Virus record (IMG/VR): IMGVR_UViG_3300020045_002743 | Span: 27,263-91,262 of that record | Length of the DNA stretch: 64,000 nucleotides | Strand: one strand, 5' to 3' | From: a virus | Shown here: piece by piece, positions 27,610-37,151 of the stretch | Layout of the letters: each line of letters opens with the position of its first letter | Position numbering within the stretch: the first letter of the stretch is position 1 | The notes under the pieces: generated by a model | Database searches by the model: none | Told to the model about the DNA's origin: nothing | What the model saw: the letters and a program-made list of their open reading frames with translations, nothing else | Position numbers and translations under genes: made by a program

Positions 27610-28368
27610 ATGGTTCCAGAATTACAAGAATTTGTTATGAGTGCAATCGAATCAGAGAACAATAACAAATACACTTGTATTCCTTGTATTGTTGTTGCTG
27701 TCAGAGATGATTTGAACACTCAGATGGTAGATATTCAACCAAGTGTGAACCAGATGTTCAAGGATGGTACTGTTAAAGAACGTCCTGTAATTCAAGGTGT
27801 TCCTGTCTCTTTTCAAGTGTCTAAGACTTCTGGGTTCACCTTTCCCATTAATGTAGGGGATACTGGCACAGCTATTTTCTCTATGCGTAGTATCGAAGCA
27901 TGGAAAGGTGGTAATGGTAGGCCATCAGCACCCACTAACTTCTCTAAGATGGATAAGAGTGATGCCATCTTCATTCCCGGTATTCAACCTCCGGGTAATG
28001 CTGTGAACAATCCAGCAAAGCATGTACTTACTCATAGCAGTAAGGACACTGTGATTTTCGGCAACATTGGTGGTGCAGAGGCTGAAGTTCGTATTCGTGC
28101 TGATGGTAGTATTGGTATTACAACAAGTAATATGCCCATCATTGTTGAGGGTAGCGATGTGACAATTAATGCTTCTTCAAGTATTAACTTCAACTCACCT
28201 TCAATGATTGTAGATGTTTCAGCAACCACTTGGATTGGTAACATCACACATCAAGGTGACTACGCTCAAACAGGTAATTACACTTTGGTTGGTGGTCAAG
28301 CTACGTTCAATGGGGTAATTTTTAATACTCACAGACATGCGCCGTCTACAGTACCACCAAGTAATTAA
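27610..28368 (+). CDS. baseplate central spike (gp138/gpV-like)
   Basis: VDIQP, FP...GD.G, DAIFIPG, C-terminal HRH iron-binding motif. Confidence 0.85.
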   Translation: MVPELQEFVMSAIESENNNKYTCIPCIVVAVRDDLNTQMVDIQPSVNQMFKDGTVKERPVIQGVPVSFQVSKTSGFTFPINVGDTGTAIFSMRSIEAWKGGNGRPSAPTNFSKMDKSDAIFIPGIQPPGNAVNNPAKHVLTHSSKDTVIFGNIGGAEAEVRIRADGSIGITTSNMPIIVEGSDVTINASSSINFNSPSMIVDVSATTWIGNITHQGDYAQTGNYTLVGGQATFNGVIFNTHRHAPSTVPPSN

Positions 28369-28379
28369 GGAGGTGTGTC

Positions 28380-28736
28380 ATAGATTTTCTACTAAATGAA
28401 CAACATGATATTGTTTGGCACAACGGACCACTTTTGAAGTCTGATACCACACAACCTTTGATCGATACAGTTAGGCAGAGGTTGCTTATCCTCTTGAAGA
28501 CGTTCCAAGGTGAGTGGTTCCTCGATACTACTTATGGAGTACCTTGGTATCAAAGTATACTTGGACGTAAGACTACAAAAGATGGTGTAGACCTAATCTT
28601 CCAGACAGCTATCTTATCAGAAAATGGAGTTAAGGAAATTACATCCTTCTCATCCACCTTCGTTAAAAGACAATATTCCATGACTTTCTCTGTGAGAGTT
28701 AATGATGGTCAGATTACAGCTCCCATCACTATTTAA
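28380..28736 (+). CDS. baseplate wedge gp25-like / sheath initiator (probable ATA start)
   Basis: GEWFLD..YGVPW motif; AAGGAGGT RBS 5 nt before in-frame ATA GAT TTT CTA CTA. Confidence 0.7.
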   Translation: MDFLLNEQHDIVWHNGPLLKSDTTQPLIDTVRQRLLILLKTFQGEWFLDTTYGVPWYQSILGRKTTKDGVDLIFQTAILSENGVKEITSFSSTFVKRQYSMTFSVRVNDGQITAPITI

Positions 28737-28754
28737 TTAAATTAAGGAAATAAA

Positions 28755-30197
28755 ATGGCGGGTATTTCTGACCAAGGCTTTACAATTAAAAGAATGACAG
28801 AGATACTTTCAGACTTACGTGCTGAAGCTACCTCTTTATTTCAAGATTTAGTTGAACCCGGTGATCAGGTCGATACATCCAATAGCTCAGCATTGGGTAG
28901 GCTTGTAGCGCTTGTAAGCCCAAGCTTAGCAGACTTATGGGAAGTAGCACAAGCTGATTACCAAGCATTTGATCCTAATTCTGCAACAGGCATTGCTCTA
29001 GATAACCTTGTAGCCCTTGGGGGTATTACAAGACAAGAACAGACATACTCTACTGCACAAGTGATCATATCAGGAGATAATGGTACTTTGGTGTCATCAG
29101 GTCTGACTGTAGGCAGCTCAATTGACAGTAGTCAGTGGACAATTCTGTCTCCTGTAGCGCTTTCTCCTTCTCAAGCTGTCGGTGTTACGGTTACTCCTCT
29201 AGTCGTCTCAGATAGCACAGTTTATAGCATAACTTACACATCTATCAGCACTGCTAATACGATCAATTTCACAAGTGATGCTTCTGCTACAGCTGCTGAG
29301 ATTGTTGCTGGGTTGAATGCTGTAATTATTGCAAGCCACCCAAGTCTTGTTAGCAGCATTGAAGGTACGTCTCTTAAAATTAGTCGTGTTGATGAATTCT
29401 CTGCTGTAACTTTCACCGTAACCCCTAATCTTGGTATTACTAAAGTACAAAAACTTGGTGAGATTCAGAGCAGTGTAGTGGGCGAGGTTAATGCTGAAGC
29501 TAATACTTTGAATGTTATTCTTACCCCTCAGCTTGGTTGGGATAACGTTACAAACCCTCAAGCTGCAAGTCCGGGACGTAATCTCGAAACAGATGAAGAA
29601 CTTCGTCTAAGATTTAGAGAAACTAAATTTGATAGGGCCTCTAATATTCTCGAAGCTCTTTACTCAGCACTTATTAATCTTGAAGGTGTCGAGGAAGTAA
29701 GAATTTACGAGAATGACACAGATGTTGTAGATGCGTTTGGTGTACCTGCACACAGCTTTATGCCAATTGTTCTTGGTGGTGTTAGTATTGATATTGCAAA
29801 CACCATTTGGGAAAACAAGCCAATGGGTATCAGAAGTTATGGTGATACAGTTGTAGTTATCTTTGATACTCAAGGTTTTTCTCATAACATTGGTTTTGAA
29901 CGTCCTGATCCATTGCCTATATATATTACGATTAATCTTACTACAGACAGTGAATTTCCGGGTACAGGTGTTGATGATATTAAGTCTGCTTTGATTACAT
30001 ACTTTGATAGTAATCTTGGTATTGGCGATGACGTTATTTGGAGCAGATTATTTACACCAATTAACACTGTTAAAGGTCACGAGATTGATAGTTTGTTTAT
30101 TGGTACATCTCCCAGCCCAACAGGTACTGACAGTATTCCGGTAGCTTTCGACATGATTGCTTCACTATCTTCAGACAATATTATAATCAATACATAA
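28755..30197 (+). CDS. baseplate J-like wedge protein
   Basis: ATG.ALD...G.TR, G...ETDEELR.R, KP.GI motifs. Confidence 0.9.
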   Translation: MAGISDQGFTIKRMTEILSDLRAEATSLFQDLVEPGDQVDTSNSSALGRLVALVSPSLADLWEVAQADYQAFDPNSATGIALDNLVALGGITRQEQTYSTAQVIISGDNGTLVSSGLTVGSSIDSSQWTILSPVALSPSQAVGVTVTPLVVSDSTVYSITYTSISTANTINFTSDASATAAEIVAGLNAVIIASHPSLVSSIEGTSLKISRVDEFSAVTFTVTPNLGITKVQKLGEIQSSVVGEVNAEANTLNVILTPQLGWDNVTNPQAASPGRNLETDEELRLRFRETKFDRASNILEALYSALINLEGVEEVRIYENDTDVVDAFGVPAHSFMPIVLGGVSIDIANTIWENKPMGIRSYGDTVVVIFDTQGFSHNIGFERPDPLPIYITINLTTDSEFPGTGVDDIKSALITYFDSNLGIGDDVIWSRLFTPINTVKGHEIDSLFIGTSPSPTGTDSIPVAFDMIASLSSDNIIINT

Positions 30198-30207
30198 GGG
30201 GTGGTAC

Positions 30208-31008
30208 ATGGCTATCACGCCTTTTGAACAAATCGATTATCTTTCTGAAGCTCGTGAACGAGTGACGGAGCAGTTCGTAGGAAAGGAAGTTTTTGATAAA
30301 TATCTTCAACTCCTTATTAATGCTCAAGTAGAAATACAAAAAGTATTTAAAGACCTTATGCAATTAAGAAGTCTTGATACAGCTACTGGAGCCCAACTAG
30401 ATGTTATTGGTAGAATTGTTGGTCAAGAAAGAATCTTACTGAATGCTGACTTCTACAACTTCTTTGGTTTCCAAGGTGCAATAAAAGCATCTAGTTTTGG
30501 TGAGGTGGGTAATCCATCCGTAGGTGGTATGTTCTATGATTTTGGTAAACCACTTGGTGGTAATATCGAACTAGACGACGCTACCTACAGACTCTTCATT
30601 AAAGCCAAGATTTTCAAGAACACAACATCATCCACACCAGAAGAATTTCTAGCTGTACTCAACCTTGTTTTCGGGACTGATACAACAGTATTAACAGAAG
30701 AGGGAGACGCCTCTATTACTGTATTGTTATCTAGAACCTTGACTGACTTTGAAAGGGCGCTCCTCTTCTACATCAGTAATGAGCCGGGTTACCCATCAAG
30801 ACTTATTCCAAAGACGGTGGGTGTGAGAATAAACTTTGGTGAGTATGATGGAGACAACTTCTTTGGATTCCAGGGCGTACCTAATGCTAAGGGGTTTGGA
30901 GAATTTACAGGAAGCTACGGCTGGGGACTTGGTTACGGCCTCCACTATGGTGACAGCGATTATGCAACAGTGAGTGGTGGGTACTTCGCCTCACTCTATC
31001 AAATTTAA
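30208..31008 (+). CDS. baseplate wedge protein (DUF2612-like)
   Basis: ATG.QLD.IG.IVG, FFGF, DD..YR..IKAKI..N. Confidence 0.82.
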   Translation: MAITPFEQIDYLSEARERVTEQFVGKEVFDKYLQLLINAQVEIQKVFKDLMQLRSLDTATGAQLDVIGRIVGQERILLNADFYNFFGFQGAIKASSFGEVGNPSVGGMFYDFGKPLGGNIELDDATYRLFIKAKIFKNTTSSTPEEFLAVLNLVFGTDTTVLTEEGDASITVLLSRTLTDFERALLFYISNEPGYPSRLIPKTVGVRINFGEYDGDNFFGFQGVPNAKGFGEFTGSYGWGLGYGLHYGDSDYATVSGGYFASLYQI

Positions 31009-31026
31009 GTAAAGGAAAATATAGAC

Positions 31027-31875
31027 ATGGCTGAAATCACCAAGCCGTTAGATATTAACAAAATTTGGGCATCTGCTGGCGATGTCTTAGCTCCATCTGA
31101 TTCAAAAATTGCTACAGGCTGGCAGGTCGAGGTTCCTCCTAGACAATACTTTAATTATATCGACCAAAAACAGGACCAAGCTATTGCACACATCAATCAG
31201 CATGGTATTGCTGTTTGGGACAATACTACAGAATATCAGTATAGTCTAAGTGGTACTAAATCTATTTGCATGGGCTCTGACGGCACTATTTATCGCGCAA
31301 AACAAGTAAGCGTTAACCAGAACCCAGCCACAGATACAACTGACACCTATTGGGAAATTGCTTTTGCAAACGTCTCTGATTTTTACACACAGACTCAAAG
31401 CGATGCAAGATATCTCCAAAAATCTGCAAATCTTTCTGATCTTGTAAACCCTGCAACAGCCCGTACTAATCTTTCTGTATACTCCCAGGCTCAGACCTAT
31501 ACTAAAACAGAAGTTGACGCCAAAACTACAGTTGCAAGTACCGCTCAAGCACAGGCGCAAGCCTCAGATACTGTATTGATATCAGCCTTAAAACTTACAC
31601 AAGCATTCCAAGGAGCAAATCAGTCTCTTCTGTCTTCAGGCACACAAAAACTTCCTGGTGGGTTGATTTTGAAATGGGGATCTGTTGGTAGTGCCTCTGT
31701 TCCTGCAACCTCAACCTTTGATACTCCCTTTCCTAATAATTGCTTCCAAGTAATTGCCACTCATAGTGGTGCAACAGCACAGTCTGCTAACGTGTCGGCA
31801 ATTACAAACAGTGGCTTTACTTGGTCCCAAACAGGGTCTGTTTTTGGTTTGCGTTATATTGCGGTGGGTAACTAA
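31027..31875 (+). CDS. tail fibre protein (short)
   Basis: WA..GD...P...GW..E.PP.Q.FN N-terminus; QKLPGGLILKWG...FPN C-terminus. Confidence 0.82.
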   Translation: MAEITKPLDINKIWASAGDVLAPSDSKIATGWQVEVPPRQYFNYIDQKQDQAIAHINQHGIAVWDNTTEYQYSLSGTKSICMGSDGTIYRAKQVSVNQNPATDTTDTYWEIAFANVSDFYTQTQSDARYLQKSANLSDLVNPATARTNLSVYSQAQTYTKTEVDAKTTVASTAQAQAQASDTVLISALKLTQAFQGANQSLLSSGTQKLPGGLILKWGSVGSASVPATSTFDTPFPNNCFQVIATHSGATAQSANVSAITNSGFTWSQTGSVFGLRYIAVGN

Positions 31876-31877
31876 TT

Positions 31878-33890
31878 ATGTCACAACTAATAGCTCCATT
31901 TGTTGAAGGTAAGTATGGTTGGAATTATGGAGAGTCTGGTTGGAACTCTGGTATGGATGAAAACCTAGTAAAGTTCTCATTCCTATTTGACAGAAATATT
32001 GATGCAATTGTTTCTTCTTTGCCTGCCTCTGTTTCAGGAACAGCCTATTACTTGTCTACAGATAAGCGTGTTTATTTTTCTGTAAACAACACTTATTACT
32101 CAAGTCCAGTACCTAAATGGTTCACTTTGATTGTAAAAAGTACAGGACAGACGTACCAGTTCAATGGCACAGACTTGTTGTCTGTTAGCACTGGTACACA
32201 AGTTGAGACTCGACTTTCGTCTGTAGAGGGGACTATAAACTCTTTGGGTACTGCTGCATTCCAACCAACCTCAGCTTTTGCTACGAGCGCTCAACTGGAT
32301 GTTGTTTCAGCTCAAGCAAATAGCTATACTGATACCTTAAGAACTAACCTCTTCTCTACAACAGGTACTAGCCTCGTAGGGCATTCGTACATATCACCAA
32401 CTAAGATTCTCATTTCTGATATACTAAATGGTCTTACTGTACCAGCTACTGCAAATGGAGCTTTAGGTAATGGTACGGATGAAACATCTTTACTACAAAG
32501 TGTAATTTCATTTCTACCATCTGGCGCTACAATTGATGGTCTTGGTAAGACATTTACAGTAACTAAACTGTTACTAAAATCTAATATGAGAATGAGGAAT
32601 ATTAAGCTTGTAACTAAAGCTAATGCCTCGCCTTTTGATTGCCCAATTACTATTGATGGCACGGGAAGTGCAAAAAGTAATATCATATTAGAAGATGTAG
32701 AAATTAATGGTAACAGGTCAAATCAAACATCTATTGTAACACCCTCTGCTGAAGATGGTGGCCTTCACGGTATAAGGGTAGTTGGGTTTTGTTCAAACCT
32801 TTACTTAAATAGAGTAAAAGTATATGCAGCAGGGTCATACGGTATACTTCTTTTTTCTAGTATTTCTGCTGGACCTACAGATAATACTTTTGTCTTCAAC
32901 AACATAGTTATTAGAGACAGCTCTTTTAATGGTTGCCGGGCGCATGGTGGTGCCAGTGACAGTACCTTTAATTTCCGCTTTATCAGTGTTGACTTAAAAG
33001 ATAACGGGAATGATCTAGCTGGTAGTAGTGGGGACCCATTAACCTCGGGTACTCGTGGTGCCCGTAGTGCAGGTAATTTGTATGGCACAGGTTGGGATTT
33101 TGAGGGCTATGGACTTGGTTCCGCAGTTGCAGAACTTTACTTGTTAAAGGTTGTTGCTCTGGGTAATGCTCGAAATGGTATTTTGTTCTTTGACCAACTA
33201 GACAACCGCCCTGCTGGGTTTGTGGCAAGGCAAAAGATATGGATATCAGATTGCTATTTTGACAAAGGTCTTGATCCAGCTTCAGATGGAACAGCACTTA
33301 CTTTTTCAAGTACTATTACTTCCAAGACTTTAGCCCCTCTTTATTCACAAGTGTATATAAATAATACCAGACTTGATGGCAGCTTAACGTTGAGGGGGTG
33401 TGACAACATTCAAATTAACGGTGAAGTGGTACACAGTACAACAGCTTTTTATAGCCTGTTGGATTATGCCACCAACATTGTTTTGAATGTTACAACCCCA
33501 GGAAGCAGTAAATCTGTTAACTCTTCCAACTCAACTTGGGTATCTTCAAAATCTTCTGCGATTTCTGCTGGTAATCCTGTCTTATCTCTGTTGTCCGGTA
33601 CAGGCACTCTTGGCAGCATCGTTGTTACCCCCATAGGTGGAACAAAAGGTCAATACTACAGATATTCTATATCTGCACAATGGACAGGCTCAGCAGCAGG
33701 TTCTCCTTTGTTTAGGATTACTCCAGCAGCTTCCGGTACACTTGCCTATGCTCCTAGATTTGAAATTATCAACTCAAGTACATTAATAGCCGTACCTACA
33801 AGTTATGTTACAGCAGTTAACTATGCGAAATTTACAGATCCGGGATCGGTTATGTTTTATATACAAGCTGTTGTTGATGTGGTGGCTTGA
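31878..33890 (+). CDS. tailspike / receptor-binding protein with probable beta-helix depolymerase
   Basis: YGW..GE.GW..GMD.N N-terminus; GA.GNGTD.T..LQ then I.DV.INGNR pectin-lyase-like repeats. Confidence 0.75.
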   Translation: MSQLIAPFVEGKYGWNYGESGWNSGMDENLVKFSFLFDRNIDAIVSSLPASVSGTAYYLSTDKRVYFSVNNTYYSSPVPKWFTLIVKSTGQTYQFNGTDLLSVSTGTQVETRLSSVEGTINSLGTAAFQPTSAFATSAQLDVVSAQANSYTDTLRTNLFSTTGTSLVGHSYISPTKILISDILNGLTVPATANGALGNGTDETSLLQSVISFLPSGATIDGLGKTFTVTKLLLKSNMRMRNIKLVTKANASPFDCPITIDGTGSAKSNIILEDVEINGNRSNQTSIVTPSAEDGGLHGIRVVGFCSNLYLNRVKVYAAGSYGILLFSSISAGPTDNTFVFNNIVIRDSSFNGCRAHGGASDSTFNFRFISVDLKDNGNDLAGSSGDPLTSGTRGARSAGNLYGTGWDFEGYGLGSAVAELYLLKVVALGNARNGILFFDQLDNRPAGFVARQKIWISDCYFDKGLDPASDGTALTFSSTITSKTLAPLYSQVYINNTRLDGSLTLRGCDNIQINGEVVHSTTAFYSLLDYATNIVLNVTTPGSSKSVNSSNSTWVSSKSSAISAGNPVLSLLSGTGTLGSIVVTPIGGTKGQYYRYSISAQWTGSAAGSPLFRITPAASGTLAYAPRFEIINSSTLIAVPTSYVTAVNYAKFTDPGSVMFYIQAVVDVVA

Positions 33891-34030
33891 TGACAAACTA
33901 TTCAGAAGCTGCAAAGCTCTTGGGTGTAGAGGAGGCAGCCGTAAAGGCTGTCGCTTCTGTCGAGAGTCAAGGATTCATATTTTTTCTTGAATATTTTGAT
34001 GTAACATGCTATTATTATACCTCAAATTAA
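33890..34030 (+). pseudogene. truncated N-acetylmuramidase (DUF3380-type) endolysin remnant
   Basis: TGATG-coupled ORF MTNYSEAAKLLGVEEAAVKAVASVESQG, then unrelated AT-rich sequence and stop after 46 aa. Confidence 0.7.
33987..34015 (+). promoter_or_regulatory. sigma70-like promoter preceding HNH-lysozyme cassette
   Basis: TTGAAT-17-TATTAT. Confidence 0.55.
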
Positions 34031-34043
34031 TTGTGAGGTTTTT

Positions 34044-34607
34044 ATGTGTAAGGTCAGTGAGTGTTTAAAAATAGAAGGAAACAAAGAGAAACTTGTTAAA
34101 CGGATTTCTCAGCGCACTAAAATTAATCCCGAAACTGGGTGTATTGAGTGGACAGCAAGGTCAAGAACATCTTTTGGCTACGGGCAAATTGGGTTGAAAG
34201 ATTTTACGGGTCTACGTGTTCACAGGGTTGTTTGGACTATAGCTAACGGGGAAATACCCGAAAACCTGTTGATTATGCACTCTTGTGATAACCCACTTTG
34301 TTGTAATTTAGAACACCTTTCTCTAGGCACTCATAAAGATAATACTGCCGATATGTGGACTAAAGGGCGTCAATCAGAGCCACCAATCCACAAAGGTTTA
34401 GAGGAATATAGAGAACGAAACCCCGGAAAATTTCGTGGTGAAGAAAATGCTACATCTAAACTAAAAGAATTTCAGGTTTTAGAAATTCTTACTTCCCCAA
34501 AAAGCCCTAAGTATTTTTGCGAAAAATTCAATATTTCTAAGCATACTATTTCTTTAATCAGAAAACGAAAAATATGGAAACATGTTGAGGTTCCTAGTGA
34601 ATATTAG
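34044..34607 (+). CDS. HNH homing endonuclease
   Basis: GCIEW, GYG, VHRVVW, MHSCDNPLCCNLEHL..GT...N. Confidence 0.9.
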   Translation: MCKVSECLKIEGNKEKLVKRISQRTKINPETGCIEWTARSRTSFGYGQIGLKDFTGLRVHRVVWTIANGEIPENLLIMHSCDNPLCCNLEHLSLGTHKDNTADMWTKGRQSEPPIHKGLEEYRERNPGKFRGEENATSKLKEFQVLEILTSPKSPKYFCEKFNISKHTISLIRKRKIWKHVEVPSEY

Positions 34608-35025
34608 TCAAAAAGGCATTAGCCTAATTAAAAGTTTTGAAGGTTTGTCTCTTAAAGCTTATAAAGACTCTGTTGGTGTTGTGACAATTGGCTATGGTTC
34701 CACTGGTCCTCATGTTTCAATGGGACAAACCATCACTGAGACTCAAGCAGAGTCTTTGCTGAAAAGTGACCTTTCAAGATTTGAAACGGCGGTCGGCGGT
34801 CTAGTCACTGTCGCCCTTAATCAAAATCAATTTGATGCTTTAGTTAGCTTTAGCTTCAACCTTGGCTTAGGTAATCTCAAATCCTCGACTCTACTGCGAA
34901 AACTGAACTCTCTGGATTATTCAGGTGCAGCTAAAGAGTTTGAAAGATGGAACAAAGCAGGCGGTAAAGTTTTTGCTGGACTAACCCGTAGACGAATTGC
35001 AGAGAGGGATTTGTTTCTCTCCTAG
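34597..35025 (+). CDS. endolysin, GH24 phage lysozyme
   Basis: FEG...AY.D..G..TIGYG catalytic E/D/T; GL.RRR..E..LF; probable GTG start at 34597. Confidence 0.92.
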   Translation: MNISQKGISLIKSFEGLSLKAYKDSVGVVTIGYGSTGPHVSMGQTITETQAESLLKSDLSRFETAVGGLVTVALNQNQFDALVSFSFNLGLGNLKSSTLLRKLNSLDYSGAAKEFERWNKAGGKVFAGLTRRRIAERDLFLS

Positions 35026-35034
35026 GCACGCATA

Positions 35035-35373
35035 ATGACAGATGTAAAGAATGAAACAGTTCCACTAACAGTAGATACACAAACAGAAGCTACAATCACT
35101 TCTACAGTTTCTTCAACCCCTAAGAAACTGGAGATAGTAAGTAACTGGCGTAAGGTTCTACTTACGTGGAGTTTTTGGCTTCATATGGGCTCTGTGATCC
35201 TAACCTTCATTGACCAGCTATTGCCGTTCCTAGGTTTGCTTGAGCCAACCATGACAACTCAAACCTACGCCTTACTTATGTTTAGTTTCAACGGACTAGG
35301 TTTATTTGCAAGGTTTATCAAGCAACGCAAGTTGTGGGAATATAATCCAGAGGATAAGGAAAATGTTCAGTAA
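35035..35373 (+). CDS. putative holin
   Basis: Two TM segments after NWRKV..TWS; follows endolysin. Confidence 0.7.
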   Translation: MTDVKNETVPLTVDTQTEATITSTVSSTPKKLEIVSNWRKVLLTWSFWLHMGSVILTFIDQLLPFLGLLEPTMTTQTYALLMFSFNGLGLFARFIKQRKLWEYNPEDKENVQ

Positions 35374-35806
35374 CCTATTCTCTGGTGCTGCTCTGTACAT
35401 CATCCTAGCCTTGTTAGCTTCAACAGTAGGGTTTGGCTATCTTTCGTATAGTTTGAGCAACGACAAGGCTGTAGCAGTAGCTCAGCTTAAGACAGCCAAT
35501 GAAACGGCTGAAGGATATAAAAACTCCCTCAACTTAAAGGATTCTTCCTGTAAGATTGATGACACTTCAGTGGTTGAAGTTGAAACAGACAAGAAAGACC
35601 TTCAAAGTAAAGTTGATGCTGTATCTGACAAATTTGATAAGCTAAAGATTATTACGGCTACTAAGCCTTCAGTCAAACAAGAGATAATTAATCATGAAAC
35701 TAATGTCTTGCCTGATGATGGGATTCTTAGTCCTAACATTACAAGCTTGCTCAATGAAGGGTGGTGCAATGCCTTCCCCTCAGATAACGTATGTCGGACC
35801 AAGTGA
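35363..35806 (+). CDS. i-spanin (Rz-like)
   Basis: N-terminal TM + coiled coil; AAGGA RBS at ATG 35363. Confidence 0.7.
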   Translation: MFSNLFSGAALYIILALLASTVGFGYLSYSLSNDKAVAVAQLKTANETAEGYKNSLNLKDSSCKIDDTSVVEVETDKKDLQSKVDAVSDKFDKLKIITATKPSVKQEIINHETNVLPDDGILSPNITSLLNEGWCNAFPSDNVCRTK

Positions 35807-35972
35807 CGCATTGTTGATGAGACCCTGCAAAGCTACTCCGGCTGGCGAGAGCCTTATTGACCTAGCCAAAGCTCAGAATAAGAATGTGTCATGTATCAGT
35901 ATGTATCAGAAACAGTTAGACGCAATCAAGAAGAATAGAGACGCCCAAAAGGAATTGTATAATGTCCGATGA
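35694..35972 (+). CDS. o-spanin (Rz1-like lipoprotein)
   Basis: Signal peptide with lipobox LQAC; overlaps 3' end of i-spanin. Confidence 0.75.
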   Translation: MKLMSCLMMGFLVLTLQACSMKGGAMPSPQITYVGPSDALLMRPCKATPAGESLIDLAKAQNKNVSCISMYQKQLDAIKKNRDAQKELYNVR

Positions 35973-36243
35973 TGCAGCTAACAGTAGAATCACTGCTATA
36001 TGGGAGAGGTTTGCGATAGGTCTACTCTCTGTGGTGATGGCTCTAGGGTTAATGGTGATCCAAGACCTGCGTACACAGGTTAAGGAGACAGAAAGCCGTG
36101 TCTTGTTCCTTTACACGGACAAGGTCAGTAACCAGCAGCTCAAGGACACAGAGCAGCGATTAGTGACTAACATCGAAGGTATGCGTTCAGACCTTCTTGC
36201 AAGGCTAGACTTGTATTTTGGGAAGTTAACAAAACAAAAATAA
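35962..36243 (+). CDS. membrane protein (lysis-cassette associated)
   Basis: Single TM + coiled coil. Confidence 0.55.
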   Translation: MSDDAANSRITAIWERFAIGLLSVVMALGLMVIQDLRTQVKETESRVLFLYTDKVSNQQLKDTEQRLVTNIEGMRSDLLARLDLYFGKLTKQK

Positions 36244-36255
36244 TTAGGAGGTCCA

Positions 36256-36594
36256 ATGGTTTGGAAGATATTGGATCGTGCTGGGACATTAGCATATCTA
36301 TTACTGTCGACAATACTAATAACAATACTAATGTCCAATTCCAGTGAGAATGCTGGTGTTAACAACTTCTCACAAAAACTAGACTTAGTAAAAGAAGAGA
36401 TACTTAAAGTTGTAGTTAATAACACTACGTATCTTGAAGGAAGAATAAACAATGTATCAGAAAGACAAGATAACTACCAAGTCACAACTGATCAGCGTGT
36501 TTATGTGTTGGAACAAAGAATTAAAGAATTGCAAAACAACAATAAAAGTAGTCAGAAAATGATTCAGAATAATATCCAGACTTTGACTAACTAG
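36256..36594 (+). CDS. membrane-anchored coiled-coil protein
   Basis: AGGAGG RBS; N-terminal TM. Confidence 0.55.
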   Translation: MVWKILDRAGTLAYLLLSTILITILMSNSSENAGVNNFSQKLDLVKEEILKVVVNNTTYLEGRINNVSERQDNYQVTTDQRVYVLEQRIKELQNNNKSSQKMIQNNIQTLTN

Positions 36595-36664
36595 AAAGAA
36601 TAAAAATAAGCACTGCCCTAGCAGACATTTGAGGTTACGCCATTAACCTTATCTCAGAACTTTG

Positions 36665-36695
36665 CCCCGCGTCCGAAAGGATAGCGGGGATTTTT
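36665..36695. terminator. terminator at convergence of late and middle blocks
   Basis: CCCCGC..TCC-GAAA-GGA..GCGGGA followed by TTTTT. Confidence 0.7.
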
Positions 36696-36856
36696 ATCGT
36701 CTTAAGTATAATCTTTAGAATCCTCATCTTGCCCCCCTTACTCTAAAACCACCTAAACTAGGTGCCCAATCACAACCTGTAATATGACGAAGCTCTTTAA
36801 CTTTCAGTTCGTTAGCTTCATAATCTTTCTTACACACCCATTTGATAAAATTCTCG

Positions 36857-37150
36857 TCACTCACTTTTCAACTCCTCAAATTTGCTGGTAAATGTATTAT
36901 AATCCCTATAGAACCAGGCCGTAAAGAACTCTTTTGTAACGGATGTGTCTCCTACAAACCATCTACTATTCCAACTGTATGTGTGCATACTCATAGCATC
37001 AGCAATGTCTGTATCAGAACCACCTTTCACATATACACCACAGCCACCATCTTCAAAATCAAATATCTCGACTTCTGTAACACCATGTACAGCTAGCAAT
37101 TGATCATACATTGAAGTTTTGGGTTCTTTTAACCACTCTTGTTGACTCAT
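36857..37150 (-). CDS. stand-alone baseplate J-like domain protein (97 aa)
   Basis: AAGGA RBS at ATG 37150; MYDQLLAVHGVTEVEIFD..YVKGGSDTDIADAM..VGDTSV..WFYR aligns by eye to LYSALINLEGVEEVRIYE..IVLGGVSIDIANTI..YGDTVV..GFER of 28755 ORF. Confidence 0.6.
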   Translation of the reverse strand: MSQQEWLKEPKTSMYDQLLAVHGVTEVEIFDFEDGGCGVYVKGGSDTDIADAMSMHTYSWNSRWFVGDTSVTKEFFTAWFYRDYNTFTSKFEELKSE

Positions 37151-37151
37151 T

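Noticed and set aside
33890-35025. Endolysin split by a self-splicing intron encoding the HNH
   Set aside because: No downstream DUF3380 exon or group I core visible; the downstream lysozyme is a complete, different family
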